DNA of 64,000 nucleotides, taken from Actinomycetes bacterium (GTDB taxonomy: Bacteria; Actinomycetota; Acidimicrobiia; Acidimicrobiales; Ilumatobacteraceae). A program made the translations under genes and the position numbers. Under the pieces are notes generated by a model, which had not been told where the DNA came from, searched no databases, and saw only the letters and a list, made by a program, of their open reading frames with translations. This document shows, one piece after another, positions 59,963 through 64,000 of this stretch; position 1 is the first letter of the stretch, and every line of letters starts with the position of its first letter. The stretch lies in the NCBI GenBank assembly GCA_029782355.1, contig JAKOUY010000036.1, positions 2,193 through 66,192 of the forward strand, read 5' to 3'.

Positions 59963-60730
59963 ATGGGCCGCCTGGATACGCTCGACCTGACCAAGCGGCT
60001 GTCCCGGGAGGACTACGAGGTGCGCCTGGCCGCGGCGCAGAAGCGCCTCGCCCAACTTCGCCTGCATCTCGGCGGGAAGATGGGCGACTCCCACCTCGGC
60101 CCGGGCCTCGTCATCGTCTTCGAAGGCCCGGACGCGTCCGGCAAGGGCGGGGCGATCAAGGCGGTCGTCGGCCATCTCGACGTCCGCCACTACGAGGTCT
60201 GCGGGTTCGCTGCGCCGACCAAGCAGGAGAAGGAGCATCACTTCCTGTGGCGCTTCTGGAAGGTGCTGCCGGGCCTCGGGGAGATGACCGTCTACGACCG
60301 CAGCTGGTACGGGCGGGTGCTCGTCGAGCGGGTCGAGGGGTTCGCCACCGACGAGGAGTGGGAGCGGGCCTACCGGGCGATCGTCGAGTTCGAGCGCACG
60401 CTGGTGCTCGAAGGGATGATCATCGTCAAGTTCTGGTTGCACATCAGCGACGAGGAGCAGCAAGCACGGTTCGAGGCGCGGGCGGCAGACCCGTTCAAGC
60501 AGTGGAAGCTGACCGAGGAGGACTGGCGCAACCGGGCCAAGAACCGGCGCTACGACGAAGCCGCCGAGGAGATGTTCCGCCGGACCAGCCACCCGCACGG
60601 GCGCTGGGACGTCATCCCCGCCGAGCAGAAGCGCTTCGCCCGGATTGCCGTGCTCGAGACGCTGAACAAGCGCATCGAGCAAGGGTTGCGCAGCCACGGC
60701 CTCGACGTGCCCGACCCACTCCCCCGCTGA
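59963..60730 (+). CDS. ppk2: Polyphosphate kinase 2 family protein
   Basis: ORF 59963..60730. FEGPDASGKGG (Walker A), FLWRFW, the VYDRSWYGRV-type motif, and KFWLHIS.EEQ..RF are present. Confidence 0.9.
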   Translation: MGRLDTLDLTKRLSREDYEVRLAAAQKRLAQLRLHLGGKMGDSHLGPGLVIVFEGPDASGKGGAIKAVVGHLDVRHYEVCGFAAPTKQEKEHHFLWRFWKVLPGLGEMTVYDRSWYGRVLVERVEGFATDEEWERAYRAIVEFERTLVLEGMIIVKFWLHISDEEQQARFEARAADPFKQWKLTEEDWRNRAKNRRYDEAAEEMFRRTSHPHGRWDVIPAEQKRFARIAVLETLNKRIEQGLRSHGLDVPDPLPR

Positions 60731-60760
60731 GCACCGCTCTCGGCTGGGTGCTGGCGTCGT

Positions 60761-62023
60761 TCAGCCGGTCACCAGCGAGCGACGGGTCACCGCCAGTGCG
60801 CCCGCCACGAGCATCAGCCCGGCGACCACCGTGGAGCCGGCGGCCAAGAGGTGGAACCCGAAGGCCTTGCGGATGAAGCCGCTGGCGAACCCGGCGGTGC
60901 CCCCGCAGACGCTCATCAGCAGGTCGGCCACGCCCTGCACGGCGACGCGATGCTCCCCGGCCACGGACTCCGACAGCAGCGACGACCCGCCGATCAGACC
61001 GAAGTTCCACCCGACTCCGAGGGCCCACAGCGCCGGGAACAGCAGCATGTCGGCGTCACCCGACAGCGCGGCCAGCAGCGTCGCCGCCACCAGCACGGCG
61101 CCACCGATCTGGATGGTCCGTGGCCGGCCGTGGTGGTCGGCGAACCGCCCCACCAGCGGGGCGAAGGCGTACATGCCGGCGATGTGCAGCGAGACGACGA
61201 ACTGGCTGACGTTCTCGTGACCGTGCAGCTTCATGTGCACCGGGGTCATCGCCATGACCGCCACCATCGTGAACTGCGAGACGGTCATCGCCAGCAGGCC
61301 GAGGCGGGCGTCGGCCGTCAGCGTGGCGGCACGCAGGGCATCGCCGAGACCGAGGGGGACTGCCGGCGTGGCGGCCCCGTCGCCACCTCGGGCGATCCGG
61401 TTGGCCACGAGCAGCGGGTCGGGACGGAGGCGGACCGCGGTGTTCAGGGCGGCCAGGGCGAAGAGCGTGGCGGCCAGGAGCCACGGGCCGGCGTAGCGCT
61501 GCAGGCCGAACCACGACTGCCCGGCGCGCTCGGCCGGACCGATCAGCACCGGTCCGAACACCGCCCCGAAGGTCGACGCGAACACCACCCGGCCCATCGC
61601 CCGGCTGCGTTCGTGGGCATCCGCCAGATCGGTGGCGGCGTAGCGGGCCAGCAGATTGGTGGCCTGCCCGGCCCCGAAGGCGGCGAGGGCCACGACGAAC
61701 AGCCACAGGCTGGCGCGCTGCACGGCGGCGGCGGCCAGGCATCCGCCGACCACCGCCAGGACGTAGCCGACCAACATCCCGGGCCGCCGGCCGCGACGTT
61801 GCATCAGCGTGGAGAGCACCCGGGCGAAGACGGCCGAGCCACACGTCACCGTTGCCGAGGCCAGCCCGGCCCAGCCGGTGGTCCGCCCGAGCAGGTCCTG
61901 GATGACGAAGGCCCCGACGGTGACCGACGCCCCCAGGGCGGCACTGCCGGCGACCTGCCCGGAACCCAGCACCCACAGCGTCCGCCGCTGGACCGCGGCG
62001 AGGTCCGCACCCGGATCGATCAT
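60761..62023 (-). CDS. MFS transporter
   Basis: ORF 60761..62023. It has about 12 hydrophobic segments and an MQRRGRRP loop motif between TM2 and TM3. Confidence 0.8.
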   Translation of the reverse strand: MIDPGADLAAVQRRTLWVLGSGQVAGSAALGASVTVGAFVIQDLLGRTTGWAGLASATVTCGSAVFARVLSTLMQRRGRRPGMLVGYVLAVVGGCLAAAAVQRASLWLFVVALAAFGAGQATNLLARYAATDLADAHERSRAMGRVVFASTFGAVFGPVLIGPAERAGQSWFGLQRYAGPWLLAATLFALAALNTAVRLRPDPLLVANRIARGGDGAATPAVPLGLGDALRAATLTADARLGLLAMTVSQFTMVAVMAMTPVHMKLHGHENVSQFVVSLHIAGMYAFAPLVGRFADHHGRPRTIQIGGAVLVAATLLAALSGDADMLLFPALWALGVGWNFGLIGGSSLLSESVAGEHRVAVQGVADLLMSVCGGTAGFASGFIRKAFGFHLLAAGSTVVAGLMLVAGALAVTRRSLVTG

Positions 62024-62027
62024 CGAC

Positions 62028-63176
62028 TCACAGGCCGATCGACTTGGCGACGATCGACTTCATGATCTCCGTCGTCCCGCCGTAGATGGTGGTGATCCGG
62101 GCGTCGGCGTACGCCCGGGCGATGGGGTACTCGAGCATGTAGCCGTACCCACCGAACAGCTGCAGGCAGGTGTCGACCGTCCGCTTCTGCATCTCGGTGC
62201 ACCACCACTTGGCGGTCGCCGCCTCGGCGGCAGTGAGTTGACCGGCGTTGTGGGCCAGCACGCAGCGGTCGACGTACGACTGGGCGACCTCGACCTCGGT
62301 GTGCACCTCGGCCAGGCGGAACTTGGTGTTCTCGAACGAGGCGATCGGCTTGCCGAAGGCCTGGCGCTCCGTGACGTAGTCGAGCGTCCAGCCCAGGGCG
62401 GCGCGCGCCGCGGCCACCGCCGAGACGGCGATCGACAGCCGCTCCTGGGCCAGGTTGAAGCTCAGGTAGGCGAACCCCTGGCCCTCCTCACCCAGGCGAT
62501 TGGCCACCGGGACGCGCACGTCGCTGAAGAACAGCTCGGCGGTGTCCTGGCTGTGCAGCCCGAGCTTGTCGAGGTTGCGACCGCGCTCGAAACCCTCCAT
62601 GCCACGTTCGAGGACCAGCAGGGACAGGCCGGTGTGCCGCTGGCCGGGATCCGTCTTCACGGCCACCACCACCAGATCGGCGTTGATTCCATTGGTGATG
62701 AACGTCTTCGAGCCGTTGACCACGTAGGTCTCCCCGTCGCGGATGGCCGTCGTGGCGAAGCCGGCGATGTCGCTGCCAGCGCCCGGTTCGGTCATCGCCA
62801 GGGCGGTGATCAGCTCGCCGGCGGCGATGCCGGGCAGCCAGCGACGGCGCTGCTCATCGGTGCAGTACTCGAGGAAGTACGGGGTGACGATGTCGTTGTG
62901 CAGCGAGATGCCGAGACCGGCGCCGCCGAGGCCGGCGGCGGCGAACTCCTCGGCCAGCACCTGATTGAAGCGGAAGTCGGGCGACCCGCCTCCGCCGTAC
63001 TCCTCGGGGATCGCCAGGCCGACGAAGCCGTGACGTCCGGCGTCGGCGAAGATCGATCGGGGGGCGATGCCGGCGGCCTCCCACTCGAGGTGATGGGGAG
63101 CGAGGTCGCGGGCGATCCAGCTGCGCACGCTGTCGGCGAAGGCCAGGTGCTCGTCCTCGAAGATGTCGCGCTGCAT
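62028..63176 (-). CDS. Acyl-CoA dehydrogenase
   Basis: ORF 62028..63176. ALAMTEPGAGSD, NGSKTFITNG, and the C-terminal IYGGTTEIMK are present. Confidence 0.9.
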   Translation of the reverse strand: MQRDIFEDEHLAFADSVRSWIARDLAPHHLEWEAAGIAPRSIFADAGRHGFVGLAIPEEYGGGGSPDFRFNQVLAEEFAAAGLGGAGLGISLHNDIVTPYFLEYCTDEQRRRWLPGIAAGELITALAMTEPGAGSDIAGFATTAIRDGETYVVNGSKTFITNGINADLVVVAVKTDPGQRHTGLSLLVLERGMEGFERGRNLDKLGLHSQDTAELFFSDVRVPVANRLGEEGQGFAYLSFNLAQERLSIAVSAVAAARAALGWTLDYVTERQAFGKPIASFENTKFRLAEVHTEVEVAQSYVDRCVLAHNAGQLTAAEAATAKWWCTEMQKRTVDTCLQLFGGYGYMLEYPIARAYADARITTIYGGTTEIMKSIVAKSIGL

Positions 63177-63203
63177 CGGCCCATTCTGCCGGGCCGACCG
63201 GGG

Positions 63204-63911
63204 TCAGGCGGTGGCCGACCGGCGCAGCGTCAGCTTGGTCCAGGCCCCGAGGAACACGGCATCGCCGTCGTCGATCGCGGTGGCCACGCCCGGGGTGATG
63301 GCCGGCGTGTCGTCGCTGGGCGCCTCGCCGTGATACACGACCGAGGTCCCGTTGGTCGAGGACAGGTCGACGATGGTCATGTGCTCGCCGTCGCGCACGA
63401 ACTGGGCGTGACGGCGGGACACGCCGGTGTCCTGGTCGAGCGCCACCTCGGGGCGGATCCCCTTGGACTGGCTGGTCCGCCCGACCAGCGAGGTGTGCCC
63501 GACGAGGCGGATCGTCGAGGTCGACGGCGGCGGGCAGGGTTGGTCGGCCAGCGACCCCTTCAGCGCGTACCACTCCGGGGAGACCTCGACGACCACCAGC
63601 CAGTCCGGTCCCCCGACCGGCATCGGGGTCGGCGGCTCCGGGCCCGCCTGGGGATCGGCAGCCGGAGGTGCCTGACCGGTGGTGAAGTCGTAGCCACATC
63701 CCTCGCAGAACAGGTTGTCCGGCGGGTTCAGCACCGTGCAGTTGGGACACACGACGGGATCGGCGGCGTGCGGGTCCGCGTCCAGCGTCGGAGCGGTCGG
63801 CGGGACGTGTGCCGGGTCCGGTGCCGGCGGGGCTGCGCCGATGCGCGCCCCGCACACGTCGCACCAGTCCGGGTCGTTGCTCTGGTGCCCGGCCGGGCAG
63901 GCCACCGTCAC
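63204..63911 (-). CDS. FHA domain protein with N-terminal double zinc-ribbon
   Basis: ORF 63204..63911. CPAGH..DWCDVCG and CPNC....FCEGCG are followed by the FHA core: LVGRTS......V.L..D.GVSRRHAQF......MTIVDLSSTNGT. Confidence 0.8.
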   Translation of the reverse strand: MTVACPAGHQSNDPDWCDVCGARIGAAPPAPDPAHVPPTAPTLDADPHAADPVVCPNCTVLNPPDNLFCEGCGYDFTTGQAPPAADPQAGPEPPTPMPVGGPDWLVVVEVSPEWYALKGSLADQPCPPPSTSTIRLVGHTSLVGRTSQSKGIRPEVALDQDTGVSRRHAQFVRDGEHMTIVDLSSTNGTSVVYHGEAPSDDTPAITPGVATAIDDGDAVFLGAWTKLTLRRSATA

Positions 63912-64000
63912 GGCTGGGGCTCCCGGCGGATCCGCGTGGTCTTGGTGCTGCGGGTGTCGAGGGCCATCTCGTCGGCCTTGGCGACGTCGCGCTTCAGCCG
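63908..64000 (-). CDS. 3' end of an unidentified upstream gene (partial)
   Basis: Hand translation of the minus strand gives ..RLKRDVAKADEMALDTRSTKTTRIRREPQP* with the stop at 63908..63910, overlapping the FHA gene GTG (GTGA). The fragment is too short to assign. Confidence 0.3.
   Translation of the reverse strand, partial: RLKRDVAKADEMALDTRSTKTTRIRREPQP

Overview
High-GC (about 70%) actinobacterial-type chromosomal window, densely coding on both strands. I saw no rRNA, tRNA, CRISPR array, transposase or integrase. Most long ORFs in the track are shadow frames opposite or upstream of real genes; about 60 CDS are supported by recognisable protein families.

Main blocks:
- fbiC (F420).
- The ribosome/transcription cluster rimP-nusA-ylxR-infB-(DsbA-like)-rbfA-truB-ribF, divergent from proS.
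- Beta-oxidation-like genes (MaoC hydratase, SDRs, thiolase, acyl-CoA dehydrogenases, TetR).
- A HelD-like ATPase and an MMPL transporter.
- An lpdA-E2-lipB/lipA lipoate block.
- A long purine operon, purS-purS-purL / phosphoesterase / purQ-purC-purE(class II)-purF-purD-purM-purN-guaB.
- An ECF sigma/anti-sigma pair, PPK2, MFS, and an FHA protein.

Most interesting observations:
1. Three thiol-oxidoreductase-type ORFs are each interrupted by a single in-frame TGA at the position of the redox-active Cys: UPFA in an Rv2466c/DsbA-like protein, UGVC in a TlpA-like lipoprotein, and UGSC in a protein with a NifU-like C-terminus. Each TGA is followed within 10-18 nt by a hairpin whose apical loop contains GU or GGU. 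These are candidate selenoproteins.
2. The UGSC gene sits in a tight 5-gene operon of otherwise uncharacterised composition.
3. The purine operon carries several gene fusions (tandem PurS-PurL, PurD-PurM next to purN) and an animal-type class II PurE after purC. It also has an identical 15-nt AT-containing motif at the same distance upstream of two apparently leaderless promoters.
4. Two large intergenic regions share an unusual architecture: a C-tract arm, perfect palindromes, then a G-tract arm.
5. lipB and lipA are fused.

Gene ends follow the ORF track. Many starts were refined by hand and may be off by a codon or more. All family assignments are from motif recognition by eye, not from searches.
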